Under the pieces are notes generated by a model. It saw nothing but the letters and a program-made list of their open reading frames with translations, had not been told where the DNA came from and made no database searches. A DNA stretch of 64,000 nucleotides from positions 34,586-98,585 of IMG/VR virus record IMGVR_UViG_3300014204_000137, one strand, 5' to 3'. Shown one piece after another: positions 52,506 to 62,733 of the stretch (its first letter is position 1; every line of letters starts with the position of its first letter). The DNA is from a virus. Its lineage: Duplodnaviria; Caudoviricetes. A program made the translations under genes and the position numbers.

Positions 52506-52831
52506 TGGAAGAAAAATTTTTATCAAAAGACGATGCATTCTTAAAGTATTACGTAGAAGAGTTTAGAGCGAGACGTAAACTTAAACTTAGAGGAGAATGC
52601 AAGATGTGTGGTAAGTGTTGTGATGGAGGAATAAGAACATTCTATATGAATCCAGTAACAATGCAAGCGGAGTTAAGAGAGCAGAGTGATAAACAGTGTC
52701 CGCATTTTGACACTAAGACTAAGAAATGTACTAAGTATTTTGAAGACAGACCTATTTTATGTAGGCTGTTTCCATATACACCAGAGAACTTGTATGAAGG
52801 ATGCGGTTATTATTTTGAGGAGGAAAAATGA
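52505..52831 (+). CDS. YkgJ/CxxCxxCC protein
   Basis: CKMCGKCC, C..Y..RP..CR.FP. Confidence 0.8.
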   Translation: MEEKFLSKDDAFLKYYVEEFRARRKLKLRGECKMCGKCCDGGIRTFYMNPVTMQAELREQSDKQCPHFDTKTKKCTKYFEDRPILCRLFPYTPENLYEGCGYYFEEEK

Positions 52832-53127
52832 TCTACGAATATAAATGCGAAAAATGCAAGAGGACGTTTGAAGTAAAGCAGAGTATGAAAGATAAAGCTT
52901 TTACTAATCATAAAGAAGTAACAGAAGGACATCAAGGTTTATCTGAACCATGTGATGGAAAGATAGAGAGGCTAATTTCTAGAAACGTAAGCGTAGTATT
53001 TAAAGGAGAAGGTTGGACTAGAAAATTTCATACAAGAACAGGAAAAAATTTAACTAAGATCGACAGAGCACTAGGTAGTATGGGTATAGATGATAGTGGT
53101 TCTGACTGGTCTAAGCGAGAGGAATAA
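52828..53127 (+). CDS. FmdB-family zinc-ribbon protein
   Basis: YEY.C.KC...FE..Q, RLIS....FKG.GW. Confidence 0.85.
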   Translation: MIYEYKCEKCKRTFEVKQSMKDKAFTNHKEVTEGHQGLSEPCDGKIERLISRNVSVVFKGEGWTRKFHTRTGKNLTKIDRALGSMGIDDSGSDWSKREE

Positions 53128-53817
53128 TGAGAAGTTTATCTGGCGACGAACCACCACAGAAGAAACCTAGACCTGATATGAGAGGTATGACTATTGCGAA
53201 CATGCACGCAGATTGCAATAAGTGTTTTGCGAAAGCTTTAGGATGCGACGCTATACCAAACACATTAGGTTGCGTTATTAATGCAAGAAGATTTAAAGCT
53301 GAAGTGGAAAAAGCTGTAGAGGAAAAAGAAGATAGCGTAGACAAAGAAATGGAGAAAGAGGAACGAAAAGCTATCCAAAGTTTATTAAATTTAGCTGCAA
53401 CTGAAGCCGAAGATAAAGCAGATGATGAGATGGAAGCTAGCGAAACTCCATCATCTCCCACAGACGACGACGAAGACGACGATTAAATAGTATCAAACTT
53501 TTAAGACTTATAAATGTTTTAATATCATAGCAGAACATATTTTGGAGGTAAATAATGGAATGCGAAAAGAAGAGAAAGTTTTTACCAAAGAATAAATGGG
53601 TAGTAAATAAGTTAAAAATATTTTTTATGGAAGCTAAAAGAGCTGAGGATGAGTATCGACATAGCCTTCGCAAAATAGAAGAAAAGATGCAGAGAGTATT
53701 CAAGATGGAAGAATTAGAGTTATTAATCAAAGATGGTCAGATAGAAGGAATCGGTACACCAAAAGATCCAAAGATTTTAAAGACAGTAACTAGAGTAGAA
53801 CTTGAAGGAGTGTAGTC

Positions 53818-54234
53818 ATGCAAGGAAAAGTAGTACTACCAATCAAGGGAGTAAGACAAAAGAAGTATTGTTGTGGTCCCGCTTGTATTGAGATGGTACT
53901 ATGGTATTACGGCTACAAAGTAAGTCAAGATCAAATCAAAAAAGAAGCGAGAGTAGGATCACAAAGAGGAATGTTTCCAAGTCAGGTGCTAAAGTATCTA
54001 GAGAAATATGGAGTGATTTGCTCAAAAGTTAAAACAATGGATGTAGACAAGTATCTAGAAAAGCCTAGACCATTAATTTTAGGTTTAGAAAATCACTACG
54101 TACTACTAATAGGTCACATAAATAAACACCTCATCTTAATTGATCCATCAACAGGCAGAAAGAGCATAGTGGCAAGAAGTTATTTGAAGGATGTTAAAGA
54201 TTATACAAAAATATTAAAGGTGCAATATGAGTAG
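53818..54234 (+). CDS. C39-like cysteine peptidase
   Basis: Q....CGPAC, HYV, IDP. Confidence 0.85.
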   Translation: MQGKVVLPIKGVRQKKYCCGPACIEMVLWYYGYKVSQDQIKKEARVGSQRGMFPSQVLKYLEKYGVICSKVKTMDVDKYLEKPRPLILGLENHYVLLIGHINKHLILIDPSTGRKSIVARSYLKDVKDYTKILKVQYE

Positions 54235-54457
54235 AAAAAGCAAATCAGATATTATTTTAGAGTCAATAGTTGATTTAGATAAACGTCTAAGAAAGATAGA
54301 AGATGATGTAGCTGCTACAAAGAAAGCAATCCGACTATTGATTACTGTAGGAAACGTAATAGGTTTAGTAGTAGGAGCTATTATAGGATGGTTTCAATTT
54401 TTTGGTAGAGGTTCAAAAGGAGCTCGTGGGAGAAAACGTGGAGGAAAAAAGAAATGA
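54227..54457 (+). CDS. Holin/XhlA-like small membrane protein
   Basis: Coiled coil, TM, basic tail. Confidence 0.4.
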   Translation: MSRKSKSDIILESIVDLDKRLRKIEDDVAATKKAIRLLITVGNVIGLVVGAIIGWFQFFGRGSKGARGRKRGGKKK

Positions 54458-54832
54458 TAGTAAGAGCTATAATATTTTTAATGAAGATATTGTACGTAGT
54501 AGTATCTCTACTATTACTTCCTGCTGAATTAATTAGAGTGGGATTATATAAAGTAATAATGAATTATGAAGCAAAGAAAATGTTAGCACGTTTAAGCAAG
54601 ATGTTGGGAAAAGAAGTTACAATAGACGATCTCAAAAATTTTCATAAGGAGTCTTAATTGAACGAGAATCTAAAAATATTTATTAAGAATTCTAGTAAAG
54701 ATATTAACTTTGGCGATTACGCTTTAGAAGTTAAGATGATGATGGACGGTGGTAGAGTACTCCACGACAAAGAATACATTGCAAAAGTTTATTGTATAGA
54801 AAAAGAACAGAAAATAATAGTGGTGGTAGCTG

Positions 54833-55258
54833 ATGATCGTTCAGGACTTGAGACTTTTGAGAACAACGTCCTCAGATCTAGAAACGTTTGATTCTGATCT
54901 AGAGCAAGAGTTGATCCAAGAGTTAGCAAAAAGTAAAACGGGTGTCGGTCTTAGTGCCATTCAAATAGGAATTCCAAAAAGAATGGCTATCATAAAATTA
55001 AGTAATCAAAAGTTATTGACAATCTGGAATGCTGAAATCATAAATCATCAAGGATCTGTTTTGGGTGAAGAAGGATGCTTAAGCGTACCATTTAAATTTG
55101 TTAACGTTCCTAGGCATCGAGAGATTACTTTGAAGAACGGTGATGGAAAGATTTTAAAATTTTTAGATTGGACTGCTAGAATTATAGAGCACGAGATGGA
55201 TCATTGGAGAGGTGTATTGATTACTGATTACGAAGGTACACAAGACTATGGAATCTAA
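54833..55258 (+). CDS. def: Peptide deformylase
   Basis: GVGLSAIQIG, EGCLS, HEMDH. Confidence 0.93.
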   Translation: MIVQDLRLLRTTSSDLETFDSDLEQELIQELAKSKTGVGLSAIQIGIPKRMAIIKLSNQKLLTIWNAEIINHQGSVLGEEGCLSVPFKFVNVPRHREITLKNGDGKILKFLDWTARIIEHEMDHWRGVLITDYEGTQDYGI

Positions 55259-55910
55259 AAAGAAAGAACTAAAAATAGTCGATATTCGAAAGATAAGATT
55301 CGCTCCTGAAATAGAAGTAGAGTTTAATAAGAACGTAGATGCTGATAAAATTATTGCTCACGAAAAGATTAGGAAGTGGGACGTAAAGTACGATGGTTCA
55401 TTGACTAATGGCGCAGAGTTTACTCCAATAGACAGTAATAAACTTTATTGGAATAGAGAAAGTTTAAGACAAATACAAGACGTTCTAAGACGTATAAAAA
55501 CTCATAGAGGAGTAGTGAGTGGACGATGTGGATTACATATCCATTTAGATATGACTCCTTTTTCTGATGAAGAAGTAGTGAAGATAGTGCAAGAATTTAT
55601 TCACAAACAAAGATGGATTGTAAATAAGTTTCACGTAAAACTTGATAGGTTAGATAATACGTGCAAACTATTGCCAAGAAAATATCTAACAAAAATTACT
55701 GCTAGAAATATTCATACTTTAAGAAAGCAAGGCGATTGGTATTCACAATATAATTATTTCGACAGGTATTCAGCTCTTAATATTTTATGCCTATCCATAA
55801 ATGGTTCAATTGAGATTAGATTATTTAACGCTAGTACATCATACGAACAGTTAACTTCTTGTATTAGATGGTGCCTACTGTTCATCAAAGATTGTATAGA
55901 GAGGGATTAA
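55248..55910 (+). CDS. Putative amidoligase (COOH-NH2 ligase fold)
   Basis: EIEVE, DGSL...AE, CGLHIH, RY.ALN, IEIR. Confidence 0.8.
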   Translation: MESKKKELKIVDIRKIRFAPEIEVEFNKNVDADKIIAHEKIRKWDVKYDGSLTNGAEFTPIDSNKLYWNRESLRQIQDVLRRIKTHRGVVSGRCGLHIHLDMTPFSDEEVVKIVQEFIHKQRWIVNKFHVKLDRLDNTCKLLPRKYLTKITARNIHTLRKQGDWYSQYNYFDRYSALNILCLSINGSIEIRLFNASTSYEQLTSCIRWCLLFIKDCIERD

Positions 55911-56120
55911 TGACTATAGACGAGTACGTAGCAATAGCTGTAAGTAAGATAGATCCTCAAGATTCAGTTGCGAACTGGAAAAAAGAATTGGAGGATATCT
56001 ACGAGGAACTAGAGAATATAGGATATTCTAACGGAGAAGTTTTTGCATTAATCAATAAAGCGATAACTGCAAAATTGCGATCACTAAATGAACAGTTAAA
56101 TAATTTAACAGGAGAACAAA

Positions 56121-56636
56121 ATGGATAAAGATAATTGTTTGGATAGAGAAGGTAAAAGTCACTTTGGAGAGTTTGGTTGGTATGACGGCTATAGAAGTTC
56201 TATAGGTAATTGTCGACTTAGTTTAAAAGCTAGAGGTAGTGCTTGTTCTGATGCTGATGAATGCTCACAAGCGTGTATGGGTAAGTTGGTAAATGGAAAT
56301 ATTATTTCAGCCAACATATTTAATATGACAATGGGAGAACGCCAAGCTAAGAAAGAAGCTCTCGAAGATAAGCAATTAGAAGTAGCCAGAAGAGAAGCAG
56401 AAAAGAAAAAGATGGAAGAACAAAAAGCTAAAGACGCCGAAGAGGCAAAAAAGACTGAAGAGCAGAAAAAAGCAGAAGCAGATAAGAAAGCCGAAGAAGA
56501 GAAGAAAGCAAAAGAAGCTGTAAAACCTGAGGAGAAAAAAGAAGATGTCAAAGTCGCAGATAAAGATACGCCGAAGTTGGAAGAGAAACCCAGCGACGCA
56601 GGTAGTCCCGAACAAAAAGAAACTCCAAAAGCTTAA
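56121..56636 (+). CDS. Cys-rich N-terminus plus Lys/Glu-rich coiled-coil protein
   Basis: GGAG RBS; low-complexity KE tail. Confidence 0.65.
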   Translation: MDKDNCLDREGKSHFGEFGWYDGYRSSIGNCRLSLKARGSACSDADECSQACMGKLVNGNIISANIFNMTMGERQAKKEALEDKQLEVARREAEKKKMEEQKAKDAEEAKKTEEQKKAEADKKAEEEKKAKEAVKPEEKKEDVKVADKDTPKLEEKPSDAGSPEQKETPKA

Positions 56637-56858
56637 TCCCGAAGTAGAAATAGATCCAGTATTCGTTGAGTGTACTGTATGTAAGGGAACTGGATTAAAA
56701 TTAATAGTAGACGAATTAGGTATAGAATCTACAACTTCCCAAACTTGTGAAGTATGTTACGGACTAGGAGAAGTAGAAGATTTATCTCAAAATTAGATAA
56801 AAAGAATTAAACATTTCCAGTAATTTCGTATTTTTATATTCAAGAGGGACAAAATAAT

Positions 56859-58463
56859 ATGTTTTTTATTAATAAAACCAAGTTAGATGAATACGTAAAA
56901 GATCAGATAGCTAAATCTTCCCATGCTCTTATAGACGATATGCCTGACCATAAAAAGCAGTATCGTGATCGAGAAATCTCAATCTCTTATGAAGACATGT
57001 GGAAGATGTATCTCCGTAATGAGTGGATTCGCGCATGCGTTGATAAGATTACTAAAGCAGTTACGTCTACAAAGTTGTATGCAGTCGCGCGTAACGAATC
57101 AGATGTAGAAAGTCCTCAAGTAAAAGAGCATATTCAAACCATACAAAATTTAATTGATGATCCCAATACTGGGCTAGAATCTTTTTCGGATATTCGCAGA
57201 GAAATTTTAAGAGACATTTTAATTTATGACGCGGGAGCAATGGAGATAGTTTACGATGATAAGGGAGAAGTAGCCGAACTTTATTCACTATCTGGAAGTA
57301 GAGTACGCCTTATAGTAGACGAACATGGTAACTTTTACGATGAGAATCAAGCCTATTTCTTAAAACCATATGACGAGTTTAAGCAAAAACCAGTAATTTT
57401 TGCACGCAACGAACTAATATATTTCGTATCAAATCCAAAATCAGGTTCCGTATACGGCTTATCTCCCCTCGAGAGTTTATACTATGCGGTACTGAACGAC
57501 CTGAACGCCTCTAAATATAACTCAGATTTCTTTAGTAATAATGCGGAGGCGTCAGGTATTTTAGGTCTAGAAGGACTTAATTGGACTGAAATGTTGAAAT
57601 TTAAGAACTATTGGAAGAGAGAAATTGAAGGAAAGTCTCATAAAGTAGCAATGGTAAATGGAAGACCTACTTGGACACCTATGAATATGTCCAATAGAGA
57701 TATGCAGTTTCTCGAATATCAAAGATGGCTTCTTTGTAAGATTATGGCAGTCTATGGAATGCAACCTGTAGTATTAGGAGTCATAGATCCTACTACGGGC
57801 AAGTTAAATTCAGCAGAACAGATGGAAGCATTTAAGAATGATACCTTAAAACCACTTCTGAGTATGGAGTGCTACCAGTTAACAAAAGTTTTAGTTCAGC
57901 AAGGATTCGGATTTGACGACGTAATTATTGAGAGTGAGAGTGTAGACATTACTGATGAGGTTTCTAGTACTTCAATAGCCGTTAATCTAGTAGGAAGTGG
58001 AATCATAACAGTAAACGAAGCTAGAAAAATGTACTTTGGATTAGATCCAATAGAAGGAGGAGACGCTGTTCAAGGTAGTGAACCACCTCCAATGACTCCC
58101 TCACCCACCAACAACACTCCAGCAGATACTACCATACAAGATAATTTTCAGATTCCTGCTGGGGACGATATATGGGTAGAGGAGTCGCCAATATCTGTAA
58201 CAGACGAAGTGACAAAAATGGTAGTACAGAGGGGTACTAAATGGTGTGTTGTACATGCTCATCCTAAAGTTCCAGGAAGTACTGCAGATAGAGCACCGGG
58301 AACACCAATCAAGTGCTATTCAGGACCAGATGCAAAGCGACGTGCCGAAGCAATGCATCGTGCGATTCAAATTTCGCAAGCTAAAGAAGCAGGAGAGTTT
58401 AAAAGTAAAAGATCTATTCGAACACGCACAATTATTAAACGGCAAGACAATACAACCACATAA
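56859..58463 (+). CDS. Portal protein with C-terminal extension
   Basis: W.RACVDKI, YGLSPLE, FF.N.A...GIL, DMQFLE, I..NEAR...GL.PIEGGD. Confidence 0.92.
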   Translation: MFFINKTKLDEYVKDQIAKSSHALIDDMPDHKKQYRDREISISYEDMWKMYLRNEWIRACVDKITKAVTSTKLYAVARNESDVESPQVKEHIQTIQNLIDDPNTGLESFSDIRREILRDILIYDAGAMEIVYDDKGEVAELYSLSGSRVRLIVDEHGNFYDENQAYFLKPYDEFKQKPVIFARNELIYFVSNPKSGSVYGLSPLESLYYAVLNDLNASKYNSDFFSNNAEASGILGLEGLNWTEMLKFKNYWKREIEGKSHKVAMVNGRPTWTPMNMSNRDMQFLEYQRWLLCKIMAVYGMQPVVLGVIDPTTGKLNSAEQMEAFKNDTLKPLLSMECYQLTKVLVQQGFGFDDVIIESESVDITDEVSSTSIAVNLVGSGIITVNEARKMYFGLDPIEGGDAVQGSEPPPMTPSPTNNTPADTTIQDNFQIPAGDDIWVEESPISVTDEVTKMVVQRGTKWCVVHAHPKVPGSTADRAPGTPIKCYSGPDAKRRAEAMHRAIQISQAKEAGEFKSKRSIRTRTIIKRQDNTTT

Positions 58464-58480
58464 TATAAAAGGAGACTACA

Positions 58481-58765
58481 ATGGGAGAATTATACGTACC
58501 TAATGCAGATCCCATTTCAAATACGGTTACAGTAACCGAGGAAGCTCTTACATTAGATCTCTCTGCAAAAGAGTACTGTATATTCTTATTTGATAATCAA
58601 GGATCTGAACCAGTTTACATTAATTTATTACCTTCGAATAAAGTCATTAAGTTAGTTGCGGGTTGCTTCATTTCGTTTGAGCAAGACGAAGTATCTAGCG
58701 TTACGCTCAATTCAGATGAGGGAAAGACGACTAGCGTGATGTACCTTATTCAGGGAAATGCATAG
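58481..58765 (+). CDS. Small beta-rich virion protein
   Basis: AGGAG RBS; N.G...VYI pattern; follows portal. Confidence 0.5.
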   Translation: MGELYVPNADPISNTVTVTEEALTLDLSAKEYCIFLFDNQGSEPVYINLLPSNKVIKLVAGCFISFEQDEVSSVTLNSDEGKTTSVMYLIQGNA

Positions 58766-58773
58766 GTGATAAG

Positions 58774-60984
58774 ATGAACATACGATACGGTTTAAATAGA
58801 GCGGGAAGTATAGGACCCCAAGGCGCACAAGGCGCACAAGGAGCACAAGGAGCTAAGGGAGACCAAGGCGATCAAGGAGCAATAGGACCAGAATTTGTAC
58901 CACAAGTTACTAACGTCTTATACGTAGATAAAAATAGAGCAGATAGTTATATTGTTGATGGTTCAAATACTCGTCCCTTCAAAACAATACAAGCTGCCAT
59001 AGATTACGTATCCTCTTTAGCGTTGGCAGAATATTTTACTATTAAAATTAATGCTGGAATTTATAATGAAAATTTAGTTTTGGAAAATGCTGGATTGAAG
59101 TATGTTGAGTTATGTGGTGTCGGATACGTTTCAATTAATTCTTCAAGTGGAAATGCACTACAATCAACTACCAACAACAATAACTTAATAGCATTTTATT
59201 TGACTAATATTTCGTTCGCTAAACCAGTAGTATTGACCGGCGGTAACGGTGCTGCTTCTTTTGCTGATGTAATGTTTAAGGACGTCAATTTTACAGGAAC
59301 AGCTACACTAACAGCTTCTTGCATAAATAACATATCTATGAAGGGTGTATATAGCGAGCAGACTATTAATTACGTAAACGTTAGTTGGTCTAACGTACAG
59401 AATAGTCAATTACAAGGAGCTCTTAACTTAACAGCAGATAGTACTTTAAATATTCCGTCTTGGGGAGTTAACGGTACTATCCAAATGTTTGGTTCCGCTT
59501 TACTAGGTAAACCCACTTACGTTATAGGTGGAACGGCTGCTTATACTGTAGCAGTTATAGGTAGCAGATGGGGTAGTAATACTGCTATCACAATTCCCAA
59601 TGGATTGACAATTTATGCATACAGCTCATTTATAAGAGGAACTGTCACTAATAATGGCTCTGTAGTATTACGTGCGTCTACAGTAGAAACGTATGTTGCA
59701 GGAACAGGTTCTTTAACTATTACTGCCCAACCAGCTAGTCAGATTAAAAACGATTCTTCTGTAGTGGGAACTACCGTTAAGGATGCTCTCGAGACATTAA
59801 GCACATCAAAAATAGAAGCTAATCCTATTACAAAAACTATCTACGTAGACAAAAATAGAGTAGATTCATATACTGCTACTGGATCGTTTTCAAAACCATT
59901 TAAGACTATAAGTGAAGCTACTTCAGTAGCAACTACTGGAATGGCTATAGATGTACAAGCAGGAACATATTCTGAAAATGTAGTATTACCAGATGGCGTA
60001 AGTATGATTAATCAGAATGCTAATAAAGCAACAGTAGATGGCGATTTTACTATTACAGCTTCTCAAAATATTAGTATTCGTGGAATGCAATTTGCTTCAG
60101 GACATACCCTTACTGTTAACGCACCATGCTCTTTTATAGATTGTTTTGCTGCAGGAGCTGTAGTTATTAATAACGTAGTAGTTCAGGGGTATAATTTTCA
60201 TATAGTATCTCCTGGAGTAACTGCTTTAACTGTAAATGGAGCGAGTGCTAAATTTCAATCATTACTTGCAACCATTTCTTCAACAGGAGATGTTCCAACC
60301 ATTGTACAGAACGCGGGTACTATCATATTAAATAGCGTTGCTGTTTATGGAGCAAGAGCAGGAGCATTAGTCTCTTCAGTAGGAGGATACTTTGTAGGAA
60401 TAGCTACTCAGATTATTAACTCTTTAGGAGGAATAGCAGCAGATTTACAAAACGGAGCTACATCAACAACCCCAAACATGTTATCAGATGTATACGCCGT
60501 TGGTAATATAGTTTGCGGAACTAAAGTTACATTAGTAGAAGGAGTACAGTTTGGAGCAGTAGGATCAATATCAGGAACAGCTCTAACTTATAGACCTGCT
60601 AGTAAAATAGCTAACGATTCTTCAGTTACAGGAGCAACGGTAAAGGACGCTCTAGACAATCTACAGAAAAATAGATTAGTAATAAATGCTCAAACAAATA
60701 CTACTTATACATTAGCTTCTTCAGATGAAGGAAAAGTAGTGACACTAGAAAATGCGTCTCCAGTAACAGTCACTATAGAAACTAATTCAGTGGTACCTTT
60801 TGAAATAGGTTCTAGAATAGACCTAATTCAGAAAGGGGTAGGAGTAGTAACTATTGCAGGAGCGGTAGGAGTAACTATTAAATCTAAAGATAGCAATAAA
60901 TCATTGGGTGGACAAAATGTGGCAGTTTCTTTAATTAAAGAAGATACAGATACATGGTACTTAATAGGAGACTTAATAGCATAA
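58774..60984 (+). CDS. Fibre-like virion protein: collagen repeat plus duplicated beta-helix modules
   Basis: GXY repeats; two YVDKNR.DSY...GS...PFKTI modules; C-terminal T.YTL...D.G domain. Confidence 0.75.
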   Translation: MNIRYGLNRAGSIGPQGAQGAQGAQGAKGDQGDQGAIGPEFVPQVTNVLYVDKNRADSYIVDGSNTRPFKTIQAAIDYVSSLALAEYFTIKINAGIYNENLVLENAGLKYVELCGVGYVSINSSSGNALQSTTNNNNLIAFYLTNISFAKPVVLTGGNGAASFADVMFKDVNFTGTATLTASCINNISMKGVYSEQTINYVNVSWSNVQNSQLQGALNLTADSTLNIPSWGVNGTIQMFGSALLGKPTYVIGGTAAYTVAVIGSRWGSNTAITIPNGLTIYAYSSFIRGTVTNNGSVVLRASTVETYVAGTGSLTITAQPASQIKNDSSVVGTTVKDALETLSTSKIEANPITKTIYVDKNRVDSYTATGSFSKPFKTISEATSVATTGMAIDVQAGTYSENVVLPDGVSMINQNANKATVDGDFTITASQNISIRGMQFASGHTLTVNAPCSFIDCFAAGAVVINNVVVQGYNFHIVSPGVTALTVNGASAKFQSLLATISSTGDVPTIVQNAGTIILNSVAVYGARAGALVSSVGGYFVGIATQIINSLGGIAADLQNGATSTTPNMLSDVYAVGNIVCGTKVTLVEGVQFGAVGSISGTALTYRPASKIANDSSVTGATVKDALDNLQKNRLVINAQTNTTYTLASSDEGKVVTLENASPVTVTIETNSVVPFEIGSRIDLIQKGVGVVTIAGAVGVTIKSKDSNKSLGGQNVAVSLIKEDTDTWYLIGDLIA

Positions 60985-61691
60985 TGCTTCCACTAGGAAT
61001 TTTATCATACAGTACTGGAGAAATAATAGGAAATTTTGAGCGAACCGATCCCTTTAGTATAGAAATGTGGGTTTGTGCTACGGGTGATAAAACGAATGCT
61101 ACATTAATTAGCCATATAACTGCTTTACGTGGTTGGACTATTTTTTCTCATGGAAGTAGAGGTAAACTGCAACAAATTGATTTTGGTCTATACCACATTC
61201 TATCAGAAAATAGATTAGTAGTTACCAATACTACAGGATTAGCTATAGTAAATAATACTTTTTTTCACCTAGTTATAACTTATGATGGTAGTTCTTTAGC
61301 ATCTGGAATCAAGTATTACGTAAACGGTTCTATAAAATCATTGACTACGGCTGCATCTAACCTTACAGGTACTATAAAAAATAGCGCAAAACTCTTAATA
61401 GGTAGTGGACCATATCCATATTTTTTAGGAAAACTTGATGAGTGTGTCGTATATAATCGCGTTTTATCACAGGCAGAAGTTACTCAAAGGTATAATAGTG
61501 GAGTAGGTACTGAGACTTTATTCGGTGATGCTTATTTACACTGCCACATGAACGAACTTAGTGGAGATGATGTGCTTGACAGTTCTGGAAATAATCGAAA
61601 TTTAAAAACGTATGGTACTCCTTCATGGACAGCTGGTAAGTTAAATAATTGCGTTCAATTGGATGGAAGTACTCAATATATTTCAGCATAG
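60984..61691 (+). CDS. LamG/concanavalin A-like domain protein
   Basis: FSIEMW, HLVITYDG, YVNG, F.G.LDE..VYNR.LS..EV. Confidence 0.88.
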   Translation: MLPLGILSYSTGEIIGNFERTDPFSIEMWVCATGDKTNATLISHITALRGWTIFSHGSRGKLQQIDFGLYHILSENRLVVTNTTGLAIVNNTFFHLVITYDGSSLASGIKYYVNGSIKSLTTAASNLTGTIKNSAKLLIGSGPYPYFLGKLDECVVYNRVLSQAEVTQRYNSGVGTETLFGDAYLHCHMNELSGDDVLDSSGNNRNLKTYGTPSWTAGKLNNCVQLDGSTQYISA

Positions 61692-61700
61692 GAGAAGTAA

Positions 61701-61907
61701 ATGAAAACATATTTAGAAATTTATGAAGTAACCGAAATGGGAGTAGAGCCCACAGTAGAATCTGTTAAAGTGGAAGCAGTAGATAGAGAAGAAGCTCTTT
61801 CATTGCTTTCAACTTATGAACCTGCTTTCGCTGAAGTTACTTACGTAAAAAGAATACATACATGTAAACACGAAGAAGGATTACCCTGCGAAGTAGAAAT
61901 TCTATAA
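61701..61907 (+). CDS. Hypothetical protein
   Basis: RBS; H.C.H...PC tail. Confidence 0.6.
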   Translation: MKTYLEIYEVTEMGVEPTVESVKVEAVDREEALSLLSTYEPAFAEVTYVKRIHTCKHEEGLPCEVEIL

Positions 61908-61920
61908 GGAGTGAATAAGC

Positions 61921-62262
61921 ATGAATGATCTTCAAGTATATAGAGGTGATGATAAAACTTGGGAAGTACAATTTAAGAATGACGCAGGTACTCCAATAGA
62001 TATTACAGGATGGAAAGTTTATTTTACAGTAAAAGAAAAAGATTCTGATAGCGATGATTTAGCAAAAATCAAAAAAGATACAGAAGTTCATAGTGATCCT
62101 ACTCAAGGAAAATCTCAAATAGTTTTAGTTCCTACAGATACAGAAAATTTAAAAGGAAACTTTTATTATGACATACAGATTAAAAAAGCTACAGGAGAAT
62201 TCATAACTGTAATTGTTGGAACGTTAGAGGTGTTGAGAGACGTCACTAGAAGAAAAAATTAA
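61921..62262 (+). CDS. BppU-like baseplate/virion protein
   Basis: RGD, PIDITG..V.FTVK, L.P.DT, YYDIQ, G...V..DVT. Confidence 0.75.
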   Translation: MNDLQVYRGDDKTWEVQFKNDAGTPIDITGWKVYFTVKEKDSDSDDLAKIKKDTEVHSDPTQGKSQIVLVPTDTENLKGNFYYDIQIKKATGEFITVIVGTLEVLRDVTRRKN

Positions 62263-62264
62263 TT

Positions 62265-62723
62265 ATGAAAATCATTAGCGAAGAAACTAGAAAGAAAATT
62301 AGTTTAAAGTTAGTAGGAATTAAAAAAGGTCCTATGACTGAGGAGCACAAACAAAAAATTAGATCAGCAAATTTAGGAGTATTGCGATCTTCTGAAGCAA
62401 GAAAAAATATGAGTGACGCTAGAAGATTGCTAATGAAAAATGGATTCCAACTTTCAAAGGAGACTAAAGAGCGATTACGTAAAGCTGCTACAGGACGAAA
62501 ATTATCTCAAGACGCTAGATTAAAAATAAGCACTACTTTAGCTAGACATCATATAGACTTAAATCATAAAAATAATCATGGAAGTAATATATTGATGTTG
62601 ACGAATTCAAATCACGCTAGATTGCACAGACTATCGTATAATTACTTGGTAGAGACAGGACAGATACTAGAGTACATAGAGTGGTTTAAGAAAAGGTGTC
62701 TAGTAAATGAAGTTACAACATAA
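62265..62723 (+). CDS. NUMOD3-repeat HNH endonuclease
   Basis: SEETRKKIS/TEEHKQKI repeats; HHID.N..NN...N......H..LH. Confidence 0.85.
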   Translation: MKIISEETRKKISLKLVGIKKGPMTEEHKQKIRSANLGVLRSSEARKNMSDARRLLMKNGFQLSKETKERLRKAATGRKLSQDARLKISTTLARHHIDLNHKNNHGSNILMLTNSNHARLHRLSYNYLVETGQILEYIEWFKKRCLVNEVTT

Positions 62724-62733
62724 GGAGATAGAG

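Larger units (their letters stand above)
28362..53486 (+). other. Accessory/early region: dozens of small, mostly hypothetical + strand ORFs, many with Zn-finger Cys pairs
   Basis: Near-continuous chain of short coupled ORFs with RBSs. Confidence 0.85.

Noticed and set aside
58774-61691. Diversity-generating retroelement targeting fibre genes
   Set aside because: No reverse transcriptase and no TR/VR pair with adenine-specific mismatches seen
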